This document shows positions 52,021 through 64,000 of a DNA stretch of 64,000 nt, piece after piece. The stretch covers positions 2,790,001-2,854,000 of the forward strand of contig NW_024704744.1 in assembly GCF_018977255.1 (NCBI RefSeq), given 5' to 3'. The notes under the pieces were generated by a model. The model searched no databases. It saw nothing but the letters and a program-made list of their open reading frames with translations, and was not told the origin of the DNA. This DNA comes from Callorhinchus milii (taxonomy: Eukaryota). Each line of letters opens with the position of its first letter. Position 1 is the first letter of the stretch. Position numbers and translations under genes: made by a program.

Positions 52021-54551
52021 CCCAAACACCTCCCAGGTTCCGACTTACTGTTAGGTAAACAGAGGCGTGTGGAGTAAGGAAACTTGCCCAACATTTCGCC
52101 CGGCCGGGAATTAAACCCACGTCTCTCGCTTGTGAGGCGAGTGCACTAACCATTGAGCTACAGGACTTTATATACCCAGCTACAAATACCCGCTATACAC
52201 ACATACTCACACACACACACACACACACACAACTAAATGTACTTTCACACACCCATAGATATACAAACACACTTAGACTGAAAGCCGAACAATCACACAC
52301 AAATGGTCAAACCCCCCCACCCACACGCTAAAAGCACTTCACAGAAGCACTTCACATGCTAATCCTACCACAGACAGACACAAATACACATGCAAACACC
52401 CACCGCACACACAATCACATAGACACAAGCAATCACACATACACAAACACACGCACGCACATCCACATAGACACACTTAACCATACATGCACAATCACAC
52501 AGACCTACACGCACCGTCAGCTGGTGAGCTTTCAGTCACATTGCCCCACTGCTCTCTGGAAATCTCTCCCTATATCCCTCCACCTCTCTCCTTCCCACTC
52601 TGTTTTCAAAACCCACCGAACAACTTACCTCTCCGACTGTGCCTGAGGCCATCTCCCACTCAGCTCAGGTTCCCACTCGGTCTCTGTAAGGCCTCCTGAT
52701 ATTAAAGGCATTGTATGTGTGGGCGTGGGCAGAGGCAGATTAAGAAATCCGAGGCCCCTAAAATAGATTACATTTTGGGTCCAAAAAGGTTTGGTCACTC
52801 GGTGGGTGTTTGTGTCCGTGTGTGGTAGTATTAGCGTGTATGTGTGGGTGGGGTGTTTGACTTTGCAGGCCATTGCTGTGCGCAATTGACTGCTGCAATT
52901 CGCCCACAAAATACACTTTACAATATATTCTGTGACGTGCTTTGAGACGTCTCAATCACGTGATAAGGCACTATATCAAATGCAAGGATCATTAAACCAT
53001 TAGTATTATGCACACAAAGTATGCAACAATCCCTTTTTACAGATGACAGACACATGTTGATATTTAATAGATTATTATCCCCAGAAAGCGATCCGCCAAT
53101 GGACTGACAACCTGGTTCCAACTTACCGCTAGGCAAACAGAGACGTGTGGAGTCAGGAAACTTGCCTAAGGTTTCGCACCGCCCGGGAATCGAACCCGGG
53201 TCCTCTCGCTTGTGAGGCGAGTGCTCTAACCACTACACTACAGGACTCCAATGTGATCATACTTCAAGTGTGAATATTTTAATCAATTAAGGAATTTATC
53301 TCTCAGCCTGCAACATCTTGAACTGGAAGTGAGAGCGAAAACAACTGAGCCAGGCTGGTGTCAATTTAACATTATTTCCTTGCCAGAACCCATTGTAACA
53401 TCCTCTTTGCTAATTAACATGTAGGTAACACAGGAAAGGAGACTGGAAGGGAGTCAAAAACAATGTTCGTGCGTGTGTGTGTGTGTGTGTGGATGTATGT
53501 TAATCTATATTTAACCTGAACAAGAAACGACACATCAGTCAGGAACGACGCACGGAGCTTCAACCTTTCCGGGACTGTTGTTAATTAACCGAATGAGTAA
53601 TTCTCTCTGCGCTGTGGGTGTTTGGGGAGCAAATTCAGTGTTAACCAATTCCCTGGACGCTCCAGTCTCCCATCATACCTGAGGCCTCGCCTCCTCATTC
53701 CTGGAAACAACCCAGAGCATCTAACATCTTTTTCAAAACAAATAAAAAAATAAAAATATGATTTGGTCACTCAGTCCACGACTGTTTGTGGGGCACTGCT
53801 GTGAGCAATTGGCTGCCATGTTTCGCCCTGAAAACACAGTCAATTCATTTTACAATATATTCTGTGAAGCTCTTTGGGTGAAGCTCTCAAGGACATGATA
53901 AGGGGCTATATTAAATGCAAGGTTTATTACTATACATTTATTATATCATCTAACACCACAGGGCACCCAAAACTACACACAATAATTTCAACTGTAGCCA
54001 ACGGAGGTCTTAGTAATACATAATAATAATAATGCTTGCATTTAATACATCGGGAGAACGTCTCAAAGCGCTTCACGGGATTTACTGTAAAATGTAGTGA
54101 CTGTGGATTCTGTAGGCGGACTTGGCAGCCAATTTGCGCATAGAATGTCCCACAAACAGCCATGAAGTGAGTGACTGATTTGATGAGGGTTTGTCGGCCA
54201 AGAAATTCTTCCTGCGTTCCCCTTACTTGTACAAGTCAAACGCTCCCACCTCTCTTTTGTATTCATTATCTGTTGATATAAACTCAAAACATTCACTTTA
54301 ATTGTGGCCTCAACTCTAATCCCATTCCCCTGTTCTTTCCCCATTGTGTGATATTAATATTTCAGGAAAATGCTTGGCAGGACTAAAACTGGATGAAATT
54401 TCTGTCTTTTATCTGCATGTGTCCCTGTTTTTTAAAGTCACCAGTTTCCTGTCCCATCCCTTCCGCGCCCCTCCACACCCCACCAACCCACACACTCACT
54501 CACTCACTCAAAAAAATAACAGCTAGAGCTTTGTTAAACCTCCAATAAAAG

Positions 54552-54770
54552 CAGAAGTCGCTGGGAACACTCAGCGGGTCAGGCAGCATCTATTGGAGAG
54601 AGCAAAGTGAGCTAAAGTTTCGGGTCGACGGCCTTTCGTCAGTTGTCGTGACTTTTGTTTTTCCCTTTCAGCCTGTTCAACTGACAAAAGGTCATCCGCC
54701 TGAAATGTTAACTCACTTTCCTCTCTCCATAGATGCCGCCTGACCTGCTGAGTGTTTCCAGCGACTTCTG
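54552..54770. mobile_element. Imperfect ~220-bp inverted repeat of a Penelope/MER6-like end sequence with degenerate hammerhead cores
   Basis: 54552-54645 is the reverse complement of ~54678-54770. Each arm has CTGAnnA-AAGG(T/C)C-nnn-G(A/-)CC(T/C)-GAAA. Confidence 0.6.
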
Positions 54771-54882
54771 TTTTTGTTTCAGATTTCCAGCATCTGCAGC
54801 ATTTTACCTTTTGTGTATTAAAGCTGCGTCTTCCTCCCTCCCTCCGTCCCTCCCTCCTCCCTCCCTCCCTCTCCTTCCTCAG

Positions 54883-55091
54883 GGCACAGAACATTTCTGA
54901 GCTTGGGGACTACAATGCGTTGGATAATTCCATAACATGTGGACTGGTGCCAACTTCCAGCACATATCAGCTACACTTGAACAAATATTTCCTCTGCAAG
55001 TTTAGTCCCAGGTTACACAGGAACTGCCAAGGCTTTGAGCCAACTGCAAGCATGACTCCGGCTCTAGGCAAACGCTTTTCCTGAAGACGAG
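54883..55091 (+). other. Candidate 5' UTR exon of the RGS-like gene
   Basis: Long pyrimidine tract + cag| acceptor and GAG|gtaagt donor in unique sequence. No frame stays open into the downstream exon. Confidence 0.35.
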
Positions 55092-56931
55092 GTAAGTCTG
55101 TACCAACTGCTTTCACCTCGACATCTGTTTTTGGGGGGAAGTAGCAGACTATAGGATATCAATATTCACAGCGCACAAAGAGAATGTTCAACCCTTCGTA
55201 TCTGTGCTGGCGCTCGCTCCCCCACTGGAGCTCTCTGCTCTAAGCCCATTCCCCTGCTCTTTTATATCATTACTCTTCAAAAAGTCCCTTTAAAATGTTG
55301 TAACTGTCTCAGCCTGACAGAGACAGTGTGTGTGTGTGTGTGTGCGTGTGTAGGGGGGTGGGGGGGGCGAGGGGGGAGACAGACAGAGTCAATGTGAGAG
55401 TGTGTTTGTGTGAGACAGAGGATATAACAAGAACAACTTGCATTTATGCAGTGCCCTAACATCGCAAAGTGTGTAGATGTTAAGAGATTGAGCCTGTGTG
55501 TATGATTGACAGACAGGGGAAAGTTTGTGAGAGAGAGACAGACAGAGATTGTGTGTGCGAGAAACGGACAAGAGACTGTATTTGTGAGAGACAAAGACTG
55601 TGTGTGAGAGACAGAGACTGTGTGTGGGACAGAGGTTGGTGGGGTGGGGGCTCAGGCTTCCCCCCAGTTTTGTGAAGGGCTTCGAGATGTATTCCCAATG
55701 TGAAAGGTGTGATACGGTCCTCTCTGCCCCCACACTCGCATGGTCCCTTCGCATCGCTGTAATAAATGTCATTTTGTTGTTGTTGTTGTTGTAGCGATAC
55801 AGTCCCTCAAACAAAATTGGTCACTCAATCCGCGACTGTTGGTGGGATATTTCCGTGCGCAATTGGCTGCATTTTGCCCATAAAATACACAGTTAATCCA
55901 CTTCACAGTATATTCTGTGAAGCGTTTGGAGACGTCTCAACGAAGTGATAAGGCGCTTTCTCAAATCCAAGGATTATTATTATTCTATAAATATAAGGTG
56001 TGATAAATATTTATGACACAACGATGTCCCAAAAACAGCCATGAAGTGAACGACCAAATTACCTGTATGATTGTTGGGCAAACTCCCCTTTCTCTTTTCG
56101 GGTGGTGCCACAGGATCTTTAACGTCCACCTGAACATGCTCAGCACAGGCAGCCAGATGGGACCTTGGCTTAACGTCTCATCCGAAGGAAACCTAGGAAT
56201 CCTCTGGCATGGAGACTTTTAAACACGGGTCGCACGCCCAGTTGACCAAAAATAAAAGGACTTACAGCAGTTTGTCTCCCATTCCCGGCAAAAAACATTT
56301 TCTTGTGTAATTCCGACAATGCATAATAATAATCCTTGCGTTTGATATGGCGCTTTATCACGTCTTCGAGAGTCGCAAAGCGCTTCACAGAACATACTGT
56401 AAACTGAATTGACTGTATTTTGTGTGCACAACACGGCAGAGGATTGGACACAGCATTGTCCCATAAACAGTCATGGATTGAGCGACCAGATTATTATTAA
56501 GGGATTAATACCTCCGGTCCCATGTACGCAACACACAGGAAGTGGCATAAGCAGCAATCTGACAACCTGGAAGTTAGCCATTTTGTAGAGAGGGAAGGCG
56601 GCTTGTCACCGCCAGAAGACAGACTCATGTACTAAAAGTGAAGCCACGTTAAAAATGGAGTAGGGGGCGTTATAAAGGGGTGGCCCTGTATTATTTATTA
56701 TTATCTCCTTGTTATTGTGCTCGAGAGCCATCTCAAGATGTACCTCTTTGACCGTGCCTTTGGTAATCTTTCCCCTCCCCACCTCCCTTAGCTCCCAACC
56801 CCAGCCCGGGTGCTCAGCCAGCAGTGTCAAGTGCTTTTAGATGCCCTCCCCACGACATAAAAGGCGGATGTAAATGGGAAATTGCATTGCGTTGTGTTGC
56901 TCTGATAATCCCGCTTTTTGTTTTGTAGCTC

Positions 56932-57062
56932 ATGGGATCTGAACAGGTGGAAATGGGGAATCAGGGGGAGCAAGAGAATGGAGGCGAAGGCAGCCAGCCC
57001 AAGGAAGTGTCCCATCAGAGTCCAACCACCCACGGCTTGAGCTGGTACTGCTGCTGCTCACG
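56932..57062 (+). CDS. RZ-subfamily RGS (RGS17/19/20-like) first coding exon: MGSEQVEMGNQGEQENGGEGSQPKEVSHQSPTTHGLSWYCCCS
   Basis: ttttgtag|CTCATG acceptor, CG|gtaggt phase-2 donor. The N terminus resembles RGS20 MGSERMEM, and the Cys cluster sits at the exon end as in RZ-family genes. Not in the ORF track. Confidence 0.65.
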
Positions 57063-59653
57063 GTAGGTCAGTGACCCACATCCTCCAACCCCTCCTCCCT
57101 CCCCGTCCATCTCACAAAAAAAAGCATGTTATCTTTCATTTTGCCCTCAATATCTACAATCAATTCACTTCACAGTATATTCTATGAAGCGCTTTGAGGT
57201 GTATGAACGATGTGATAAAGGGCTATATCGAATGCAAGGATTATTATTACTATTTCAGATGAGCTGTGTTGACGAGATTTGGGGAAATTTACGCTGTATA
57301 ATGTAATAATCCCTGGCTCCAAACTGGCCGACTTCCAGATGATCAGGTTGTTGCTGATGTCACTTGCTGTGAGCTGTGCGCATGCACACGGGAAGTGCCA
57401 CAAGGACAGAGTGCACCGTCATTTTTGTACTAAATGAACGCTGCAGCCAATGCGCGCAGAGCAACGTCCCACAAACAGCCATAAAGTGGGAGATTGTTGG
57501 GCAGGACACAGGGAAAACTCCCTTCTCTTTACGAGTAGCGCCACAGGATCTTTAACGTCCACTAGAACAGGTAGATGGGACCTTCTCTGTCTCTTTAACG
57601 TCTCATCCAAAGGACGGGGCCTCTGCTAATGCAGTTCACCACAATACTGCACTGGAGCGTCAGCCTAGACTGTGAGCTCAAAGTCCCAATGTGGGCTTAA
57701 TCAGTGCTTTCTATACTCAGTGCAGCTCCCAGCCTCTGGTACCCCCCTCCCCCTCCCAAGGGGACACTCCTCCAGCTCCGCTGGCTATTTGCTGGGAGGA
57801 AAGAACAACAATAATTTCCATCATGAGCTCCTGACAGTGGCAGAGCACGAAGCCGAGCTGGGGGGAGGTGGGAGGGTGTGACCATAGGTACTCTCGAAGA
57901 GGAAGGTCTTCAGGCACAACCTGAAGATTGGAAAGAAAGGGGCAAAGTGGAGGGATAGAGGAAGTGTGTTCCAGAGTTTTGGGGCGTAGTAGCTGGAAGC
58001 GTGGCCACCAATGGTGGAACGGAGGGCATGAGGGACATGCAGGAGGCCAGAGCCAGTCGAGCAGAGGCAGCCGGTTGTGAGTTGGGGAGTGAGCAGGTCA
58101 GAGAGGTATGGAGGGATTTGAGAACGAGTGTGAGGATCTTGAAATCAAAGAACACAGAAACTGATCTTATATAGTCAGCTTCTAGGTAAAGGCTGGTGGA
58201 ACCCGGATGAAGGTTGAACAGATGGACAGGAACTAAAGGTTACTCACCCTTGCTAAGAATTGCAAGTCCTCTCCCTCCACAAGCTTGGCTAACAATGTCA
58301 TAGAATCATAGAATTATACAGCATAGAAGGAGGCCATTTAGCCCATCGTGTCTGTTCTGGCTCTTTGAAAAGAGCTATCCAATTCAATCCCACTCCCCCG
58401 CGCTCTCCCCATAGCCCTGCAAACTTGTCCTCCCCAAATAATTATCTACGTCTCTCTTAAAAGCTGCTTTTGAATCGGCTTCCACCGGCCTTTCAGGCAA
58501 TGCATTCCAGATCCTAACAACTCGCTGTGTGACAAAATTTCTCTTCACCTCCCCTCTGTTTCTTTTAACTATAAAAGATGTAATATGTTACATTTTCTAA
58601 GCGGCTTTAGCTGGTTAGACTCCAGCAGTGTCCCATCGCACACTCTGGGGTCTCCAAGCCTTGGCACTTGCCAACCTGCTCCAAATGCTTTCCAGAATTA
58701 GGACAGCGGGATGTGTCCCTTCAGGGAGAGAGTGCGCATTCCATTCCAACAATCTAAGGAAATTTACCTAAGTGGAGTCCTGTAGTGTAGTGCTTAGAGC
58801 GCTCACCTCGCAAGCGAGAGAACCTGGGTTCAATTCTCCGGCGGGAAAAAACCTTAGGCAAGTTTCCTTACTCCACACGCCTCTGTTTATCGAGCAGTGA
58901 GTCAGAATCTGGTTGTTGGTCGATTGGCGGATCACCTTTCCGGGGATAATCCGTTCAAAACATTTTTAAAAAAAATAATAGTCTTGTCACTCAATCCACG
59001 ACTGTTTGTGGGACACTGCAATGTGCAAATAGCTGCAGTGTTTCTCCCACAAAATACACAGTCTATTTACTTTACAGTATGTTCTGTGAATCACTTTGAA
59101 CCGTCTCGAAGGTGTGATAAGGCGCTATATCAAATGCAAGGATTATTATCATTATATTCTGTGAAGCGCTTTGAGATGTCTCCCTCTGCTCAGCGGGCTC
59201 CAGCCTGCTTCATGTTCCCCACCATTGGCGGGTGGGCCTTCTGCAACTCTGCCCCTACCCTTTGGAACTCCATCTCGCAGTCCCTCTGCCTCGCCCCCTC
59301 CCTTGCCTCCTTCAAGACCCATCTCAAGATCCTCCTCTTTGACCGTGCTTTCGATCTCCCTGTTTGCCACCCTCCCTCCACCCTCTTCAATCCCGACCCC
59401 CAGCTCAGGTCCAAAACTCTGACTGTCCAGTGCCTTGGGACGTCTTCCCGACGTGAAAGGTGCTAAACAAATGTACTTTTGTTGTGGTGGTTGTCTCAAG
59501 ACATAATAAGGCGCTATGTCAAATGCAAGGATTATAATTATTATAGTTATTACTAAGTTTTCACCCCGTCTGGGTCCTCTCACTTGCGAGGCTCTGATAC
59601 TTTACAGAACTCCACAAAGTCTTATGCTCCTGTGTAATCATCTTATCTTCCAG

Positions 59654-59977
59654 CTTCGCTCTCAGGAAAGAAAACGAAGAGGACAACAGCACGCAGCCGG
59701 CCTTTGAAGCGGGTGCAATAGAGGACAAGTTAGAGGCCAAAACTGAAACGCAAGTGGTGGTCACGATAGAGACACAGGCAGAAACTGTGAAGGACCCAGA
59801 CAAAGTAGACATCCCAGAGCTCCCAGATGAAGTAGACATCCCAGTGATTCCAGACAAAGTGGACACTCCGGTGATTCCAGACAAAGTGGACACTGCAGTG
59901 ATTTCCGACAAGGTTAATACTCCAATGGAAGCTGAAATGGAACCCAATGTGGAGGCCACAGAACCCACGAAAGAGAG
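59654..59977 (+). CDS. RGS-like second coding exon (RFALRKENEEDNSTQP...PDKVDIPEL repeats...EATEPTKE); RGS box expected beyond the window
   Basis: 324 nt open frame, cttccag| acceptor, AG|gcaagt (GC) donor, phase 2-2. It joins exon 1 in frame as CCCS-RFALRKENEED, comparable to CSC-LTVRNQED of RGS20. Confidence 0.6.
59796..59930 (+). repeat. Five 27-nt coding repeats (PDKVDIPEL, PDEVDIPVI, PDKVDTPVI, PDKVDTAVI, SDKVNTPME)
   Basis: Directly visible ccagacaaagt(a/g)gacac-type units, in frame. Confidence 0.9.
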
Positions 59978-60559
59978 GCAAGTGACATATTTTTTGTTCT
60001 ATTTAATGAGACCTGATTAGCGAGCATTTTTTCAACGGGATTCAATCATAATCCCATTCGGGCGAGAATGTTAAACTGAAGTCCCATTGTGTGCTTGTAT
60101 AGGTGGACGTTAAATAACCCGTGGCTTTATTGGAAAAGAGTTTCTTCTGGTGTCCTGGCCAACAATCCCCCAAATACAATTGATCACTTACTTCATGGCT
60201 GTTATAGGACATTGCTGTGTGGAGGTTGGCTGCCACATTCTTCCACAAAATACATGGTCATTACACTTTATAGTATAGGCACTTCTGAAGCGCTTTGAGA
60301 CACCTCGATGACATGTTAAGACGCTGTTACAAATGCAAGGATTACTATTATGTTAACAATAATCTTTACATTTGGGAGAGCACGTTTCAAGTCAGGAAAA
60401 CATCCTGAAATTGTGTGTTTTATGGGTGAATATGGCAGGCAATCTGCACACAGCAATGTCCCACAAACAACCGTGAAGTGAGTGACCGACTTTATCTGGG
60501 GGATTGTTGACCAGGACACCGGGAGAGAGAAACTCCCTTTTCTTTTCTGAATAGTGCCA

Positions 60560-61670
60560 AAGGATCTTTAACATCCATCTAAACAGGCAGAAGGGACCTT
60601 GGTTAATGTCAACAACAACAACTTGCACTTACATAGCGCCCTCCATGCAGGGCAGCATTTCAGAAATCTTAACAATGGTGGAGCTTGACTCCGAGCCGGT
60701 GGGGGGGGGGGGAGTGGGAAGTGACCGTAAGCATGGTCGAAAAAGAAGGAAAAAGAGGAGAGAGGGGGCAAGGCGGCAAGGCAAGGGGAGAGTGTTACAA
60801 AGTTTCGGGGCGTAGTGGCTGAAAGTAGGACCTCCAATGGTGGAGCGAGGACAAGTAGGAGGCCGGTGCAAGTCGAGCGGAGGCTCCGGGTGGTGGATTG
60901 GGGTGTGAGGAGGTCAGAGAGGTAGGGAGGTGCCAGGGAGTGAAGGGATTTGAACACGAGAGTGACGATCTTGAAGTAGATCTGTTCAGTGATGGGGAGC
61001 CAGTGGAGCCTGGGCCAGAGCCGGTGAGATGTGGGTACGGACTTTGGTCTGGGTCAGTATGTGGGCGGCAGAGTTCTGAATAAGCTGGATTTTTTGAATA
61101 GTGGAGCTGGGGAGATTGGCGAGGAGAGCGCCTAATCCAGGCGGGAGGTGACAAACGCATGCATGAGGGGTTTTGCTGCATTTGGGGTAAGTACGGTCCG
61201 AGGCAGACAATGTGGTGGAGGGGGAAGAAGGCGGTTCTGGTCAGTGACCGTATGTGGGGCAGGAAGGAAAGCTGGGGGTCAAAATGGACACCTAGATTAC
61301 GCACTGGTTCAATGAATCTGAGGGAGAGCCCAGGAAGGTTGAGGACTTTAGATCCGCAGGAGTGAAGATGTTGACAGGAGCCAAGGAGTATGGCTTCCGT
61401 CTTGTCCATATTCAGCTTCAGGAAGTTTACACACCTCCAGGCTTTGATGTCTGCCAGACAAGCTGTTAGAACATCAGGGGACCTGGAGTTGGTACTGCAG
61501 GAGGCAAAGTAGATTTGTGTGTCATCCGAATACATGTGGAAGTTTACCCCGTGTCTGCGGATGACATTGCCAAGAGGGAGCATGTAGATACGGAAGAAAG
61601 GGGGCCAAGGATGGAGCCCTGGGGTACCCCGCAGGTGACCGGGTGGGGGGGGGAGAGGAGAAACCATTTG
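60560..61670 (-). mobile_element. L2 LINE fragment
   Basis: ORF 60795..61667 contains [18 protein letters not shown] and VRNLGVHFDPQLSFL. Confidence 0.85.
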
Positions 61671-62119
61671 CAGAGATGAAATGGAGGAGGTTGGTTAAGT
61701 TGGACTCGAACCATGTCTCATCAAAAGGACGGCATCTCCATCAATGCAACACTTCCCCCAGCACTGCACTGGAGTGTCTTATGGAATGCAAGTCCTGACG
61801 TGGGGCTTGAACCCACAACCTTCTGACTCAGAGCGAGAGTGCTACCAACTGCGCCAGGCTGACGCACTGTGTCAGGTGTATGAAAGACGCTTTAAGGGGA
61901 AAGGGAGCAGGGGATTGAATGGAAAGCTTGCGCTGGGAGGAGGGACAGGCTTGAGGGGCCGAATGGCCTTGATTTGCGTTGTAAATGTTTCTGGTTGCCC
62001 CAATAAAATTGTGCGTTCCCTGCGGTGTGCTGGAGCCCTCGAAACATGCTGGCAAACATGTTTTTGTTATTGCACGTAGAGGTTGTCAATGGAAAAACAC
62101 ACAAGGAAGTAACAGCGTG

Positions 62120-62600
62120 CTATCCCCACAGCTCAGCAACTGTCCAGAGAAGAGAACGGCAAGACTTCAGAATCATAGAATCTCACAGCACAGAAGGAGG
62201 CCATTCGGCCCACTGTGCCTGTGCCGGCTTTTGAAAGAGCTATTAACTAGTCTCACTCCCCCGCTCTTATTCCATGACCCTGCAAATTTTTCCTTTTTAA
62301 GTACGTATCCAATTCACTCCTGAAAGCTACGATCAAATCTGCTTCCACCACTCTTTCAGGCAATGCGTTCCAAATCATAACAACTCGCTGCGTAAAAAAA
62401 AAAAAAACTCTCCTCGTCTCCCCTTCTGGTTCTTTTGACAATTATCTTAAATCTGTGTCCCTGGTTACCGACCCACCTGCCAGCGGAAACAGTTTCTCCC
62501 TATTTGCTCTATCAAAAACCCTCATAATTTTGAACACTTCTATTCAATCTTCCCTCATCCTTCTCTGCTCCAAGGAGAACAATTCAAGCCTCTCTAGTCT
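62120..62600 (-). mobile_element. CR1-type LINE 3' fragment; similar pieces at ~4700-4840, 26800-26950, 40060-40320, 46290-46450 and 58300-58560
   Basis: Minus-strand FFTQRVVMIWNALPERVVEA, a typical CR1 ORF2 terminus, with an (agaatcat)n-type tail. Confidence 0.75.
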
Positions 62601-62984
62601 CTCCGTTGGGGATGCAATTTCAATAACAACCATAGAATAATAAAAGGAATAATTCTTGGACTAGATATTGCACCTTATGACAAACTTGAGGCTTCTCAAA
62701 GCGTTCACAGGATACACTGTCACAACAATAAAAAATAATTATTTTATTTGATGTTTGATCACGCCGTCGAAACGTTTCAAAAAGCCTCGATAGATTTTAC
62801 TGCAGAGTGTAGTGACTGCGTGTTTTGTGGCCAGCCAATTTGCACAGAAAAAACCGTGCTGAGCACATCATTTCTGTTTGTAGGACATTCCTGTGTGCAA
62901 ATCGTCTTGTCTACAAAATATGCAGTCACCGCACTCTGCAGTAAAAAGTAACTCTGAAGCGCTTTGACGTGTTTTGAGGATGTG

Positions 62985-63410
62985 ATCAGCCTGGCTCAGT
63001 TGGTAGACCACGCCACTCCTCTGAGTCAGAAGGTTGTAGGTTCAAGCCACATGTCCAGATATTGATCTCAGATAGTCTAGGCTGACACACCAGTGCGGTG
63101 CTGGGGGAGGGGAGGGGGATTGCTGAATTGTTTGAGATGAGACCTTTAAGCCGAGGTCCTGTCTGCCGGTTCAGGTGGATGTTAAAGATCCCATGGCACA
63201 ATTACAAAAGAGAAGGGAATTTCTCTCCCCGTTGTCCTGGCTGACAATCCCTCAAATGACACCGGTCATTCACTTCATGGCTGTTTGTGGGACGTTTCTG
63301 TGGTAAAACACACGGTCACTACACTTTACAGTATATCCTGTGAAGCGTTTTGAGATGTCCTCCCGACATGAAAGGCTAGATAAAATCCAAAGATTATTAT
63401 TATTATTTAT
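62985..63410 (+). mobile_element. SacSINE1/Deu-domain-type older SINE; other fragments at ~740-1140, 29320-29510, 41480-41730, 57480-57700 and 61720-61860
   Basis: ggctcagttggtag...ctgagtcagaaggttgtaggttcaag head, then ctaggctgacac...gatcccatggcac body and the same Deu-like 3' domain. Family assignment is from recall, not from a search. Confidence 0.65.
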
Positions 63411-64000
63411 TACAGTATTTATGTTCAGGTTGTCTATGCCCCCCCTCACCCCATCCGTCAGCATGGGTGGCCAGACACCATTGTCAAACTCTTTGAGACG
63501 TCCTCCCGACATGAAAAGCTCTGTATAATTATGAACTACATAATACTGTACTGGCTTCCTCAATTAAGATTCCCTTTCTCCAGTGTGAACAATCTTCTGT
63601 GAGTGGGTTTCCATGGCAAGTAGACTTGTAACAGGATATCAGTCGGCTGTGCAACCCTTGAAACACTTACTGGATTAAAAACGGTCCCACGCAGGAATCG
63701 GTCGCAGATCAGCGACTGTGTTCATCAGCCCCTGAGCGAATAAATACAGCATCAAAAATATTTACAGGACTTATTTCCTCGCCTTATATGGGAAGGATGT
63801 GAAGCACGCACACGCACGTACGCACCTTCCCCCACTCTTTCCCAGCTGCTTTTCACTTCCTCCACTCGCTATAGAACAAACAATTCCTTGGCAACCACAC
63901 AACGCCACACAGGAACAGAGGATCCAAGATGGCCAATTAAAATGGTCCCCTGTGCTCACACCCACGCAGCAGGTGAATCTGCTAACTCATGGAAACTAAC

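Noticed and set aside
51031-52153. Long His/Thr- or Val/Cys-rich ORFs
   Set aside because: CA-rich low complexity spanning an N gap.
54752-55084. 110-aa ORF as a protein
   Set aside because: Its first half is repeat and pyrimidine tract, and it stops just before the donor, so it cannot join the RGS exon.
59561-59968. 135-aa minus-strand Ser/Thr-rich ORF
   Set aside because: Antisense shadow of the + strand repeat exon; the splice sites and phase fit the + strand.

Overview
Repeat-dense vertebrate genomic DNA, most consistent with a cartilaginous fish (inferred from SacSINE1/Deu-type SINEs, abundant L2/CR1 fragments and a shark-type hammerhead-core repeat). I read three intron-containing genes from splice sites and exon phases; the ORF track only partly shows them. 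(1) The 5' half of mtrf1l on the minus strand: a CpG/NRF1 promoter at about 7.8-8.0 kb and four coding exons running off the left edge. Its 5' end is copied three more times inside an ~18 kb nested palindrome (3682-21708) centred on an N gap; this could be a real inverted amplification or a fold-back/haplotype misassembly. (2) An apparently intact minus-strand Ig-superfamily receptor gene (50693 to at least 36759): leader, three tandem germline-joined V+J-type Ig domains, an uncharged TM segment and small cytoplasmic exons. Two of these are 42-nt modules that each end in I-Y-x, so splicing builds the tyrosine motifs. This is the best candidate for an undescribed system. (3) The 5' part of a divergent RZ-subfamily RGS gene (RGS17/19/20-like) on the plus strand (56932-59977), with a cysteine string cut to three Cys and an exon expanded by a 27-nt coding repeat and ending at a GC donor. 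Its RGS box is not in the window. The rest is SINEs, L2/CR1 LINE fragments and minisatellites. All gene models are manual and need transcript support.
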